Below are positions 47,401-60,272 of a stretch of DNA of 64,000 bases, piece after piece (the first letter of the stretch is position 1; every line of letters starts with the position of its first letter). Both the position numbers and the translations under genes were made by a program. Under the pieces are notes generated by a model. That model saw nothing but the letters and a program-made list of their open reading frames with translations. It was not told the origin of the DNA and ran no database searches. The stretch covers positions 6,822,001 through 6,886,000 of the forward strand of contig NC_086109.1 of NCBI RefSeq assembly GCF_963921235.1. Direction: 5' to 3'. Origin of the DNA: Mobula hypostoma. Taxonomy: Eukaryota.

Positions 47401-50400
47401 AGATACAGAGAACATTAGTTGTAGAGTCCTGAAAGTGAGTCTGGAGTGGGACTGAGCTGCCAGTCTAAAACTCTCCTGCAGAGGGCAGAGTAGAGTAGCG
47501 ATGCCCAGGGCAGTCTCTCCATGTTTCTGACAGGGAAATTGGTTTAGTACTGAGGTACAGTAAATGGGGATCGTGTGTGTGTACCATCCAGATGGATGAA
47601 TTCATATATCAGTTCTTCGTAGTACCAAAGGAAAAAGAATATCTGAATAAAGAGCCACTTTCCTAGAGTAGAAAGGGCAGTGTAGATAGACAGATAAGGT
47701 GTAAGGGTATTGGGAGATTAGAGGTTCATCCTTCTCAATCAAAACTCAATGTTCAAAGTAAATTTTGAGGTACATGGATGTCACCATATACTGCCCTGAG
47801 ATTCATGTTTTTGCAAGTATTCACAGTAAGTACAAAGAAACACAATAGAATCAATGGAAAATTGCACAACCAAAGACTGACAAAGAACCACTGTGCTAAA
47901 GAAGACAAACTGTGCACAGAGAAAAAACAGTAAATAGTACAGAGAACACGAGTTGCAGAGTCCTTGAGAGTGAGTCCGTAGATTGTGGAATCTGTTCAGA
48001 GTTGAGGTGAGTGAAGTTATCCACGCTTGTTCAGGAGCCTGATGGTTGAAAGGTGATAGCTGAACCTGGTGGTGTGGGATCCAAGGCTTCTGTACCGCCT
48101 GCCCAATGGCAGCAGAAGTGAGAAAAGAGCATAGTCTGGTTAGTGGGGGTCCATTCAAGACTTTGGTAATCTGTCCCTTAGCCCAGTGGTACATGTTCTT
48201 ACCCTTTTGAATCTTCTGGCGAACAGGAGTATGGAATAATGAGAATGGCTGGTTGTGGGTGGAGGAGAGGGATCTTTGATTATGCTGGCTGCTGGCTGTC
48301 TTCCTGAGGCACCAGGAAGTGTAATCATCGTCAACGGAGGAGAAGCTGGTTGTCTTGATGGACTGTGTGCACAATTCTCTGTGGTAATGGTCAGCTCACA
48401 CATCCTCATTTTGTGATATGAGTTCCATGCCCCTAACTTTGAGCATTTCTGCAGATTTCTGAACGGACAATGAACCTACCTCACTGTTTTTGCCTCACTT
48501 TTTGGACTACTTAATTAATTTAATTTTACATATATCGTAAATATATTTTCTTGTAATTTAATGTTTTTTTTATGTTTGCACTGCACTGCTGCCACAAAAC
48601 AGCAAATTTCATGGCATATGCCGGTGATATTAAACCTGATTCTGATTCTGAACCTGGGTGTATGTCTTTCCTAAGTTTCTCTTTTCTCTTTGGACTTGCA
48701 CTTGAAGTCATAAGAGATGAGATTCAGTCATTGAAACTGTAACCACTCACTGAAGAATTGGATATGCCCATGATTCTATAGAAATTAGACATTTCGATGG
48801 AAATTTAGATTCATATTTATTAATCACATGTACATCAAAACATACAGTGAAATTTGTGGTTTGAGTTAACAACCACAAGAGTGGCCACACATTCCAATGC
48901 CAGCTTTGCATGTCCGCTCTGCTTGGTAGAACACCAAAAAAAAACCAGACAGCAATGAACCAATAACCGAAATATTATTAGTAATATATTGCCTTTCCTT
49001 ATTCTAATTCTTCAAATATTTCTTTTGAAAGGAATGGAAACCTCAAGACTCTGTTGTCCATTGGAGGCTGGAACTTTGGAACTCAGAAGTAAGTTGGCAA
49101 CTTTATTTAAGGATTGTTTCAAAGAGGGCTTTTTAAAATTGTTTAGGCACTAATGTAAATACCCATTACTAGGGGAAGAAATCCCCTTATTTTTCTATTA
49201 TCGAAATAAACATTTCAGAAAAGAATATTTTCAAGAATAAACCATGGAATGCCTTTTCATTCTTTACATTCATAGTCAATACCTTCCGTACTGTTCCATT
49301 ACCTTCCTACACATCAATAGCACTGCCAACATTTATTTGCCCCCTGGGGAGGGCACTACTAAAGTAATTGAAGAGCTTCCTCACCCATCTCAGACGCTCC
49401 CTCTTTAGTAGAAGAACCTGATTCTATGGTCCTTCTTATGCACAACATGATGAACTATTTCTCTAATAACATCCCTCATGAAGGGCACTGTGGGGAAACT
49501 CATTTAGTTCAGGTGAGTGAGATAAGGGAAGATTTAACAGAATACCCAGATAGACTCCAAAATGTTACTGGCTACAGTCAGTGTAATGTAAAAAATTTAA
49601 TCTGTCATGTCCCTTTGGAATGAATTGTAAACATTGTTGATTGTTGATTAATTCTAATTGAAGAGAAGTTTGCAGATTCAGGACCCATTATTTCTTAATT
49701 TGTTAATGAATTTAGATTAGATTATGAGGACACACAGTCCTCTTTTATTGTCATTTAGTAATGCATGCATTAAGAAATGATACAATATTCCTCTGGTGTG
49801 ATATCACAAAAACACAGGACAGACCAAGACTGAAAAATGAACAAAAACCACATCATTATAACATAGAGTTACCACAGTGCAACAATACCATAATTTGATG
49901 AAGAACAGGCCATGGGCACGGTAAAAAAGTTCAAAGTCTCTCGAAAGTCCCACATCTCACGCAGACGGGAGAAGGAAGAAAAATCTCCCTGCTATGCCCG
50001 ACCACAGTCCGACTCTGAGTCGTCTGAAAATTTCCTGCCATTTGAAAGATGTAAAACCCTTATAAGTTCCAAGGAGGTTGTAAAATAGTCATAGTCATAC
50101 TTTATTCATCCCGGGGGAAATTGGTTTTCGTTACGGTTGCACCATAAATAATAAATAGTAATAAAACCATAAATAGTTAAATAGTAATATGTAAATTATG
50201 CCAGGAAATAAATCCAGGACCAGCCTATTGGCTCAGGGTGTCTGACCCTCCAAGGGAGGAGTTGTAAAGTTTGATGGCCACAGGCAGGAATGACTTCCTA
50301 TGACGCTCTATGTTGCATCTCGGTGGAATGAGACAGAAACTATGTTCATTCTATAATACGGACGTCACTTACATTCTCATCCGTGTTACATTGCTGGAAA

Positions 50401-53400
50401 GCCAGCCGGTAGTGTAGTGGTATCCACACCGGACTTCGAGGCAGGTGGTCCCAGGTTCGAATCCAGCCGGCTCCTTGCACGCTTTCCATCCGTGCTGGAT
50501 TGAGCGTCGAGCTAGCAACTCGGCCTCGTAAAAAACACAGACAAAAGTGCTAAAGAAACGGCAAGTTTGCTGCCCGATGCAACACACACATGTTGGTGGG
50601 GTATTGTGTTCAGCTCCGGTCAGCTTGTTATAGGAAGGATGTGGATGCTTTAGAGAGGGTGCAGAGGCGGTTTACCAGGACACTGCTCTGAATTAGACTT
50701 ATGAGAGTGAGCTAGGACTTTTCTGTTTGGGAAGAAGGAGGCTGGGAGGTGACTTGATAGAGGTGTACAAGATGATAAGAGGCACCAATGGAGTGGACAG
50801 CCAGAGACATTCTCCCAGATTGGAAATGGCTAATACTGGGGTCATAACTTTAAGGTGTTTGGAGGAAATTATAGGGGTGATGTCAAAGGCAGAGGGTAAT
50901 AGGTGCATGGAATGCTCTGTCAATGGTGGCAGTGGAGGCAGATACACTAGAGCAGGGGATCCCAACCTTTTTTATGCCATGGACCAATACCATTAAGCAA
51001 GGAGTCTGTGGTCCACAGGCTGGGAACCCCCACACTAGGGACATTTAAGAGACTCTTAGATGAAAGATGGATGAGACAAGGGTGATAAAAAAAATGGAGG
51101 GTTATGAGGGAAGGAAGGATCTTGGAGCAGGGTAAAAGTTCAGCACAACAATGTCAGCTGAAGGGCCTGTTCGATGTTCTAAACTCCACGGAAGCCTTCA
51201 GTGCTGGAGAAGGCAGGGGGAATGTCTGCAAAAGGCCTGCATTAAGATGATTGCAATTATTTTGGACTAGAATTATGAGAATAAACTATTTCAGATGTTT
51301 ATAAATCCTCACCTCCCATTCTTCCGTCCTCTAGATTCAGTGCGATGGTGGCCTCAGCAGGAACTCGCCAGATCTTCATAAGGTCTGTGATCAGCTTCCT
51401 GAGGGGTTATGGCTTTGATGGTTTGGACATCGATTGGGAATATCCTGGGTCTAGAGGGAGTCCTTCCGTTGATAAACACCTCTTCACTCTTTTGATGCAG
51501 GTAAGATCAGGAGTGCAGTCTGACAAAACCCTGGGGATACATGTGGGATGAAAGGAAGCAGAATTTAAATCAGGACTTGCTGGGCGGCATCGCTCTGAGG
51601 GCCAGAAGGGCCTATTCCACACTGTATCTCAATAAAATAAAATAAAAAATAAATGTTAATTACAATAAGAAATATATACATTGTCTACACATATATATAA
51701 TAAAACATTAAATAAATAACATAAAAAGAGAGTGACAAAAGAAATAAAGAACAGTAAGGTAGAGAATATAGGTTTACTGACCATTCAGAAATCTGATGAA
51801 CGGGTTGAAGAGGCTGTTCCTAAAACATTGGGTGTGCATCTATAGGCTCCTGTACCTCTTCCCTGATGGTAGCAATGAGAAGAGGGCAGGTCCTTGGTGA
51901 TAGGGGTCCTTAATGGTGGCAGCCTATAATGCCATTTTTGGCATTGGGATGAATCCCACTCGCTTCAGTAAAGGCATTCAGGGAATAAGAATATATTGTG
52001 CCTTTCACATCTCAAGAGCTTCCAAAGGACCTTATGAAGTGTCTTTTTTGAAATATAAACCTATGTGTACTGCTGGAACTACGACAGCAAGCTTCCTCAG
52101 AGAAAGGTCCCGGGGGCTGCACTGTCACAGGGATCACGCGGTCTGATCTAATGCTGTGTAAGAGGCAGTAGGAACTTCCAAAGACTCCTGAATCTCCGAG
52201 AGACCTTCCCGCTCTTCAGAAGGAGCGTCACATCCAGCTGGGAGGGAATCAAGGCCTTAGTGTCAGATTCCAAAGGCAGTATCAGTGACAGTGAAGCCCC
52301 CACACCCTTCCCCCTTTGTGCTCAGCGTCTGAGGCAAGGCAAGAGGTGTTCTCTCCCCTCTCTCCCTCACACTCCCCTCTCTCTCTCTCCACCCTCTTCC
52401 CTGACCACTCTCCATCCCCCACCCCTGCTTGGTTGGATTTGGCATTGATTTGATGCTAACATTAGGCAGGGTTTGAGAGCGTCCATTCCACCTGGAACTC
52501 TTGCTAACAGAAACTTTGACCTCTGCAACCCGCAGGAACTGATGGCAGCCTTTGAGGCTGAGGGTAGGAGCAGCGGGAAACCAAGACTGTTGCTGGCAGC
52601 AGCCGTGGCCGGAGGGAAGAGTAACATCGATGCTGGCTATGAGGTTCCTCAGCTTGGACAGTGAGTGTTCTTCTGTAGTGAAAACTCAACCTTTACCTGT
52701 GTGCTTCTCGGGAGATTGACTGGTTAAAGATGAAAGATTTGCTTTAATCGTCCCATACAGTAAAGCCTTAGGAACTCTAGATTTTTTTTATGGCTTCAGA
52801 TGGCATGGCCTTCCATAGAGCCCTGATCTCAACATTATTGTGGCTGTCTGGGATTAGCTGGAGAGACAGAAGCAAAGAGACAGCCAAAGTTTGCAAAAGA
52901 ACTGTGGCAAGTTCTCCAAGTACCTAGAGAACTGATGCCGTTTTAAAGGTAAAGGATGGTCACACCAAATATTGATTTGATTTAGTTTCTTTATCTGTTT
53001 ACTGCTCTTTATAGTAAATTCTTTGATATTTAGTAACTTCTCATTTCATTATTTTGAAAGCATCTTCACTATACAGAATTATTTTTGCCTGTGCCTCATA
53101 AGGATTTTGCACAGAATTATATATTGAAACATGGAGCAAAATGCGTTGTTTTGCTTCAGATTAAATCAGTGAGAATTGTGCTGGGCAGCCGGCAAGTGCT
53201 GTCACACTTCTGGTGCTAACACAGCATGCCCATAATTAAATAACTCTAACCTGTATGTGGGAGGAAACCAGAGCACCCAGAGGAAACCCACACAGTCGCT
53301 GGGAGATCGTACAAACTCCTTGAGCAGCAGCAGTAATAGATCCCCAATCTTACAGCCAGTTTGGTAAAATGTTGAGCTCTCTGCTACACAACCACGATAA

Positions 53401-56400
53401 GGGTAATTTTATGGTTTCCCTTCTGTCCACAGATTCAGGGGTCAGAGCACGTTGCATGGTGATTGAGTTATTGCTGTTAATTTGGTAAACAGAGAGACAG
53501 AGTGACTCCGGTCTCCTCTCTTGCAGGGTTCTGGACTTCATCAGTGTGATGACCTACGACTTCTATGGATCCTGGAGACATGTGACAGGGGAGAATAGCC
53601 CCCTCTACCCCTTCCCTAATAACCAGGATCAGACCAACCTGTACTTCAATGTGGTAGGTACTAAAGAAAAGGGGACCCTGCCAAACCTTTCCATTCCCTT
53701 CTCTAGACTGGCGTCTAGCTTTTGCCAAATCTTTCCAACCCGACCCTGACTGCCTGTCCCTTTCTCTGCAGGAATATGCAATGAACTATTGGAAGAACCA
53801 AGGAGCCCCAGCAGAGAAGCTGAATGTTGGTTTCCCCACATACGGACACTCCTTCCAGCTGACCTCATCCAACACCGGGGTCTTAGCCCCAGCAAAATAT
53901 ACCAGGCAGGCCGGGTTTTTGGCTTACTATGAGCTACGAATGCATTTTGCTGCTCTGCATTATTGAACGCTTGCCAATACTGGGAACATTCTGCAAGGAG
54001 TTTACTGCAAAAAAAAATAGTAAGTGCTACTTCCAAACCAGAGGGGCTACCAAACAGAGTTCAGCAAAGAATTGGTGGATTCTCAGAGCACAGATGGTGC
54101 CACTCAGCCGTGTATCCTCCACTGAATTAAATTATTTATCGTACTCCGTGATTCAGCATGGAGTAGGCCCTTGTGGCCTTTCAAGCCACTGCCCAGCCGA
54201 TCCCAACAACCCTGATCTAAACCTAGCCTAATCACGGGACAATTTACAACGATCAATTAGAACATGCCCAGGTGCTGGAGGAACTCAGCAGGTCAGGCAG
54301 CATCTACAGAGGGAAATACGCAATAGATGCTTCAAACCAAGACCCTTTATCAGGACTGGTGAAGGGTCCCAGCCCAAAATGTCAGCTGCTCATTCCCCTC
54401 CAGAGATGCTGCCTGACTTGCTGAGTTCCTTCCGCATCTTGTGCGTGTTTCTCAAGATTTCCAGCATCTGCAGAATTCCCTTGCGTCTAGAAATGAACTT
54501 CATGTTTTGAGTCTGTGTATAACTCACTAGAAGCCTTGCTAACCCTGTTGGTTTCTTCCTCTTCCGGCAGATCTGTACGTTCTTGAATGGCGCCACCAAG
54601 GCGTGGGATGCCCCGCAGATGACTCCGTACGCATTCAAAAATGGAATCTGGGTCGGGTATGACGACCAGAAGAGCTTTGGAGACAAGGTATCTTTCTGTA
54701 AACCCTGGTGTATCAGGTTGTGCTTACTTATCTGAATGGTAACTCTGGGGTGAAAGGGGGACTTCATGGGAACACAGACTCAGGGATGAAATTCAATGTT
54801 TTTAAACATTGTACTGGAAACTGACGATGGATTTAATTACTGGGCATCCAGACACCTTGGCAAGAACATCTGTCAGATTATAGTGTCATTACCTGAGGGA
54901 ATTCCCTAGTCGCTGCACTAGCGTTCTTTCTAGTCTTGGCCAGGAAGCTCCGAAGACCACAGTCTGAATTATGCTGATTTGTATAACCAGCCTGTCCTAC
55001 CCATGTTTGATATTGTGGGCAGTTTTGGACCCCTTTTCTAAGAAAAGATGTGGTGGCACTGGAGAGGCTCCAGAGGAGGTTCATGAGAATAATTCCAGGA
55101 ACGGAAGGTTAACATATAAGCAGCGTTTGATGGCTCTGGGCCTGTACTCATTGGAATTTAGAAGAATGAGGTGGGCCTCATCGAATCCTATTAAATATTG
55201 AAAGTTCTGGAGAGAATGAGTGGGGGGAGTCTAGGACCAGAGGGCACAGTCTTAGGATAGAGGGATGTCCCTTTAGGACAGAGATGAGGAGGAATTTCTT
55301 TAACCAGAGAGTGGTGAATCTGTGGAATTCATTGCCACAGATGCTATGGAGGCCAAGTCATTGGGGTGTATTTAAAGTGTGGATGATACGTTCTTGATTA
55401 GTAAGGGTGTCAAAGGTTATGGGAGAAGGCAGGAAAAAGGGATTGAGAGAGATAATAAATCAGCCACGATGGAATGGTGGAACCGACTCGATGGGCTGAA
55501 TGGCCGATGTCTAATGGTCTTATGGTCTTATAGCTGGAGATGGGTGAAGTACCTTTCCAATAGATTTGTGTCTTTGTTTAAATTTTTGTTTAAAACCAAC
55601 GTAATTTAAAGAAAACACACACAAAATGCTGGAGGAACTCAGCAGGTCAGACAGCATCTATGGAAGTGAATAAACAGTCAGCGTTTCAGGCCGAGAACAA
55701 GAAGCTGTAAAATTCACTTGTCAAACGTTCTGCTCTCAATCTGAGCTCAGACCAAAGCAAGCAAATGTTTAGGGAGGTATCTATGTGGAAACAATGACGT
55801 TGGTAGTTATAACGTTAGAGGCTTTAGAATGTGTGTATTGGGCAATAGAATCAGGTTTAATACCAGTGGCATAGGTCGTGGAATGTGTTAACTTTGCAGC
55901 AGCAATACGTGATGATAGAGGAAAAAAGTGAAGTATAGTAAGCATATATATATTAAATAATTAAATTAAATAGGCAGTGCAAAAAACAGAAATAAAAAAG
56001 GAGTGAGATAGAGTTCATGGGCTCAATGTCTATTCACAAATCGGATGGCAGAGGGGAAGAAACTGTTCCTGAATCATTGAGTGTGTGTCTTCAGGCATCT
56101 GTATCTCCTCCCCGATGGTAGCAACGAAAAGAGGGCATGAACTGGGTGGTGGGGGACACGTTCTTTTTGTGGCATTTCTTCTTGGAGATGTCCTGGATAC
56201 CACGGAGGCTAGTGCCCATGGTGGAGCTAAGTTTACAACTCTCTGCAGCTTATTTTCATCCTGTGCAGTGACCCCCCCCACCCCCCACCTCCCATACCAG
56301 ACAGTGATGCAGCCGGTTAGAATGCTCTCCATGGTACATCTGTGGAAATTCGCCAGCGTCTTTGGTGACATACCAAATCTCCCCAAACTCCGAATGAAAT

Positions 56401-58076
56401 ACAACCGCTAAAATGGTATGTGTTATTTAGAGCCCTCAAAAGCTGGGCACATGTATTGACACGGGGGGTGGGGGGAGTGGTCAATGAGTTCAATAGATCC
56501 ATGAGATCCAACTTCTTCCCTTAGTTCAGAATCTGAATCAGAATCAGATTCAGGATCACTGACCTATGTTGTGAAATGTGTGGTCTCGTGGCAGCAGTAC
56601 AGCGCAAGATGTAAAAAATTATGTAGAATCAGGGGAGGAGTTCTACAAGGGGTGACCTGGTAGAAGTTAGTTAAATTATGAGGAGCACAGATGGTCAAAG
56701 CTTTTTCCCCCCAGGGCGGAAATGTCACAGAGGATGTAGGTTTAAAGTGATGGGGGAGAAAGTTCAAAAGAGATTTATGAGGCAATTTTTTTTTACAGAG
56801 TGGTTGGTGTCTGGAATGTGTCACCTTTGGTGGCTGTGGGGGCAGATATAGTAATATTTCGGAGGTGTTTAGATGGGCGCCCTGAACAGGCAGGGAATGG
56901 AGGGATTTGGATCACGTGCAGGCAGGTGGGATGAGTTTAAATTGGCAGACTGTTCGGCAGGGACAAAGCGGACTGATGGTCAGGGTTACTCGCAAACTCA
57001 AGCGCAGGAATCACAGAGACTTTGGCAATTCAAACAAAACAAAAGGTTAGTTACAGAAATTAGCCAGCAAAGCTAATGAGAACTCAGGCAATGAGAACTA
57101 TGCAGAGAGAACTTGAGCAAATGAAATCGCTCACGACACACAGAGGAACTCAGTCAGAGTTTCACCAGACAAGGATCCACAACGACCGAGCAAAGAGAGG
57201 TTGGCAAGCTCTCCCTCCCCCCCACCCGACATACACCCTGGAGCATGTAGGAATTCAATGCCATTTCAATGCCAATCAGACAACATAGGTGTCCGGACAA
57301 GCAATAACCCCCAAAGACAACAACTACAATGCGAGACGTTGAAAATCCAGTGCTAACTTAATTCCCCCAAATTGAATGAAAGTGATCAGTACAAAGAGAG
57401 CTTAACAATCCCCGTGACCCCTGCAACACAAAGTGAAAGACCCAGATAGTCCAAAGACAAATAATTAGATGTGAAAAGTTAACAATCGAAGGAACACTAC
57501 ATGCCCACAAGGTTACACTGAGAAGATATAGTTCTCATACTAACGGGAAATAAATCTATTTTTTGATCAACAATATTTTTGGTTGTGACACTGATCCTGT
57601 GCTGAACCGTTCCATGTTCCATGTTTTGTGTACCATAACTAGGATCTATGTGGTCCACATCGCCAAAGAAAATGGTATTGAACTCCTGGGGGCTAATATC
57701 CCTCCAGGCAAACTCCCACTGGCGTGGTGGTCTGACAGCGGCTCTCCTGCAGAAAGCTTGCTGACATCGCAACCACCATCAGCTAGTCTTCAGTTCTCTT
57801 CCCCAAGAGGAACTGCCCCTCGCCGCCATCCTCTCTGTAACTACATGTTCCGTTATGGCTGGGACTTAGTGTTTGCTGACCTGAACATTCTTCCAAAGGA
57901 AGTTTCATGGCATGATTTCTCCTCCATTGTCTTCCAGGTCGAGTGGCTGAAGAGGAACAACTTTGGAGGAGCCATGGTGTGGGATCTTGCCCTGGACGAC
58001 TTCTCTGGCGCCTTCTGTCACCAGGGACCCTACCCTCTCATTAACACTCTGCACAGTGGCCTCGGGATTTCTGGAG
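41475..58076 (+). CDS. CHIA: Acidic mammalian chitinase-like GH18 gene, coding exons 1-10 (final exon not seen; possibly decaying)
   Basis: Ten exons (25, 30, 202, 57, 166, 125, 127, 162, 117 and 139 nt) join in frame to [36 protein letters not shown]...[11 protein letters not shown]...MTYDF...GGAMVW..LDDF. Phases and sizes match the vertebrate CHIA structure as I recall it. Exact orthology among CHIA paralogs is not resolved. Confidence 0.88.
44731..45571 (-). mobile_element. 5'-truncated L1-clade LINE in chitinase intron 1
   Basis: [21 protein letters not shown] (L1 C-terminal zinc finger), flanked by the 13-bp TSD CTGCCTGACCTGC (44718-44730 / 45572-45584). Confidence 0.85.
45973..46002 (+). 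CDS. CHIA: Chitinase exon 2 ([10 protein letters not shown], signal peptide)
   Basis: Acceptor ctgttacag; 30 nt; donor G|GTAAGT. Confidence 0.82.
46740..46941 (+). CDS. CHIA: Chitinase exon 3
   Basis: [19 protein letters not shown]...[15 protein letters not shown]...SLKN. Acceptor cccgcag; weak donor AA|GTTCAG. Confidence 0.92.
49032..49088 (+). CDS. CHIA: Chitinase exon 4
   Basis: [26 protein letters not shown] boundaries; 57 nt. Confidence 0.93.
50401..50582 (+). mobile_element. tRNA-derived SINE fragment
   Basis: Pol III head with TAGTGTAGTGG and GGTTCGAATCC, followed by a non-tRNA body. Confidence 0.6.
50953..51032. mobile_element. ~80 bp hAT-type MITE
   Basis: CAGGGGATCCCAACC...GGCTGGGAACCCC termini with 8-bp flanks cactagag/cactaggg. 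Confidence 0.7.
51335..51500 (+). CDS. CHIA: Chitinase exon 5 (catalytic DxxDxDxE)
   Basis: [17 protein letters not shown] intact; ctag / GTAAGA boundaries; 166 nt. Confidence 0.95.
52536..52660 (+). CDS. CHIA: Chitinase exon 6
   Basis: [41 protein letters not shown]; cgcag / GTGAGT boundaries. Confidence 0.93.
52795..53112 (+). mobile_element. Tc1/mariner transposase 3' remnant
   Basis: tggcc...agccctgatctcaacattatt...gtctgggat encodes a degraded [12 protein letters not shown] motif. Confidence 0.55.
53527..53653 (+). CDS. CHIA: Chitinase exon 7
   Basis: [28 protein letters not shown]...YFNV; ttgcag / GTAGGT boundaries. Confidence 0.93.
53772..53933 (+). CDS. CHIA: Chitinase exon 8 (short; donor site is CT)
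   Basis: [25 protein letters not shown]...AGFLAYYE, followed by CTACGA at the conserved donor position. Confidence 0.88.
54571..54687 (+). CDS. CHIA: Chitinase exon 9
   Basis: [39 protein letters not shown]; ccggcag / GTATCT boundaries. Confidence 0.93.
57938..58076 (+). CDS. CHIA: Chitinase exon 10
   Basis: [43 protein letters not shown]; ttccag / G|GTAACT boundaries. Confidence 0.93.
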
Positions 58077-58353
58077 GTAACTCGTTGTACTGATTACAGA
58101 TGAGCTAGATCAACAACTAATCAAATTGTAGGTCCAATTATCTCTTACTCCTCACTCACCATTCCCCCTTTACATTGGCCATCTCCCCACTCTCAGTCTT
58201 GGTGCAGGGTCTCAGCCCAAAGCATCTACAATTCCTCTCCCTTCCACAGATGCTGCTCGACCTGCTGAGTTCCTCCAGCAGATTGTTTGATGCTCCAGAT
58301 TCCAGCATCTACAGTCCCTCATGTCCACAGAGCCAGTTTGGCTTGCTCTAAAC

Positions 58354-58431
58354 CTAGGTTCCCAAACTGGGGTCCACGGACTCCTCGGTTAATAGTTGGG
58401 GTCATGGCTTAAAAAAGGTTGGGAACCCCTG
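58354..58431. mobile_element. ~78 bp hAT-type MITE
   Basis: GGTTCCCAA...TTGGGAACCCCTG termini with 8-bp flanks ctctaaac/ctctaaat. Degenerate relatives lie near 9550-9625 and 12300-12375. Confidence 0.7.
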
Positions 58432-59118
58432 CTCTAAATGGAATAATTGGGCTTGGTTATGTGATGTAGTCATTCCTGACTTTGGGTTCTCTCCGTGTGG
58501 AGTTTGCATATTCTCCCTGTGATTATGTGGGTTTTATTGGGAATTCCAGTTTCTTCACATGATGGGTGGGTTGGTAGGCTCATCGGCTGCTCTAAATTGT
58601 CCCCAGAATACAGGTGGGGGAGAGTTGATGCAAATGCAAGAATAAAATGGGTGTTGACGGATGGTATGGTATCGATGGGCTGAAAGGTTGTTCCTGTGTT
58701 GTTCTGAACTATTACAATGTTCTGTCTGGATAGCAGACAAATAAAAGCTTTTCCCTGTATCTCGGTACATACTGACCGCTGGTTACGCCATTTAGGGCAG
58801 CCATGAAGGTACTCCATCTTTGGCTGTATAGAAGGTTTCTTCATTGCTGTTTCTGTAACAATTGTTTTTTGACCTTTCGGGGTTGTTCGCCGTGAGCTGA
58901 ACCCCTGAACCTTGAGGACCAGTGGACAGCTCTTAGTCCGGCCTCTACCCTTTTACCCGTTTAGCATGGGTGACCCGACCAGGTGCAAGGCCTTGACTCC
59001 AGTCAACATAGCTCTCTGGGTCAATGAGGCATGCAAGCCTCCAAATCCTACGACAAGGTTGTGGTCCTCTTGAACGATCTCAGTACATGTGACAACAATG
59101 TACCAATAAATTGGTGAA

Positions 59119-59850
59119 CAACAGGAATTCTGCAGATGCTGGAAATTCAAGCAACACACATCAAAGTTGCTGGTGAATGCAGCAGGCCAGGCAGCATCTC
59201 TAGGAAGAGGTACAGTTGACGTTTCAGGCCAAGACCCTTTGTCAGGACTAACTGAAGGAAGAGTGAGTAAGGGATTTAAAAGTTGGAGGGGGAGGGGGAG
59301 ATCCAAAATGATAGGAGAAGACAAGAGAGGGAGGGATGGAGCCAAGAGCTGGACAGGTGATTGGCAAAAGGAGATATGAGAGGATCATGGGACAGGAGGT
59401 CCGGGAAGAAAGACTGGGGGGGGGGAGAACCAGACGATGGGCAAGAGGTATATTCAGAGGGACAGACGGAGAAAAAAGAGAGTGAGAGAAAGAATGTGTG
59501 CATAAAAATAAGTAACAGATGGGGTACGAGGGGGAGGTGGGGCCTTAGCGGAAGTTAGAGAAGTCGATGTTCATGCCATCAGGTTGGAGGCTACCCAGAC
59601 GGAATATAAGGTGTTGTTCCTCCAACCTGAGTGTGGCTTCATCTTTACAGTAGAGGAGGCTGTGGATAGACATGTCAGAATGGGAATGGGATGTGGAATT
59701 AAAATGTGTGGCCACTGGGAGATCCTGCTTTCTCTGGCGGACAGATATACTGTGTCCGGTGCTCCCGATGTGGCCTTTTATATATTGGCGAGACCCGATG
59801 CAGACTTGGAGACCGCTTTGCTGAACATCTATGCTCTGTCCGCCAGAGGT
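59119..59850 (-). mobile_element. Penelope-like element fragment with an inverted GIY-YIG piece
   Basis: Minus-strand 3' region to ~59745, then plus-strand IYCVRCSRCGLLYIGETRCRLGDRFAEHL (GIY-YIG). Confidence 0.7.
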
Positions 59851-59859
59851 TCAGCTGTT

Positions 59860-60272
59860 GTTCAGACCAAATCTCAAATGTGACCTACGAGACCATGGAA
59901 TGATTGTTGGTGCCAGATAGGGTGGCTTGAGTATCTCAGCAACTGCTAATTGCCTGGGATTTTCACACATCTCTAAGTTTTATAGAGAATGGTGCGATAA
60001 ACAAAAAAAATCCAGTGAGTGGCAGTTCTGTGTGAAAACACCTTGTTAATGAGAGAGATCAGAGGAAAATAGCCAGACTGGTTTGAGCTGACAGGAAGGG
60101 GACGGTAACTCAACCAGAAGTTACACCAGAGGCGTGCAGAAGAGCAACTCTGAATGCACGACATGTCGAACCCTGAAGTTGTTGGGCTACAGCAGCAGAG
60201 GACCATGAACATACACTCAGTGGTCACTTTATTAGGTAGAGGAGATAACTAATAAAGATGCTATTGAGTGTA
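59860..60272 (+). mobile_element. Tc1-like non-autonomous remnant
   Basis: Ends in the hairpin tacactcagtggtcactttattagg...ctaataaagatgctattgagtgta, with a MIVGAR..GLSIS-type remnant upstream. Confidence 0.45.

Noticed and set aside
56980..57490. Possible solo LTR on the minus strand
   Set aside because: Composition is LTR-like, but I could not define TG/CA ends or a TSD.
57563..57937. 5' part of the 176-aa ORF as chitinase sequence
   Set aside because: Chitinase similarity begins only at the acceptor (57938). The upstream part is intronic, perhaps with a faint DDE-transposase relic (AKENGIELL) too weak to call.
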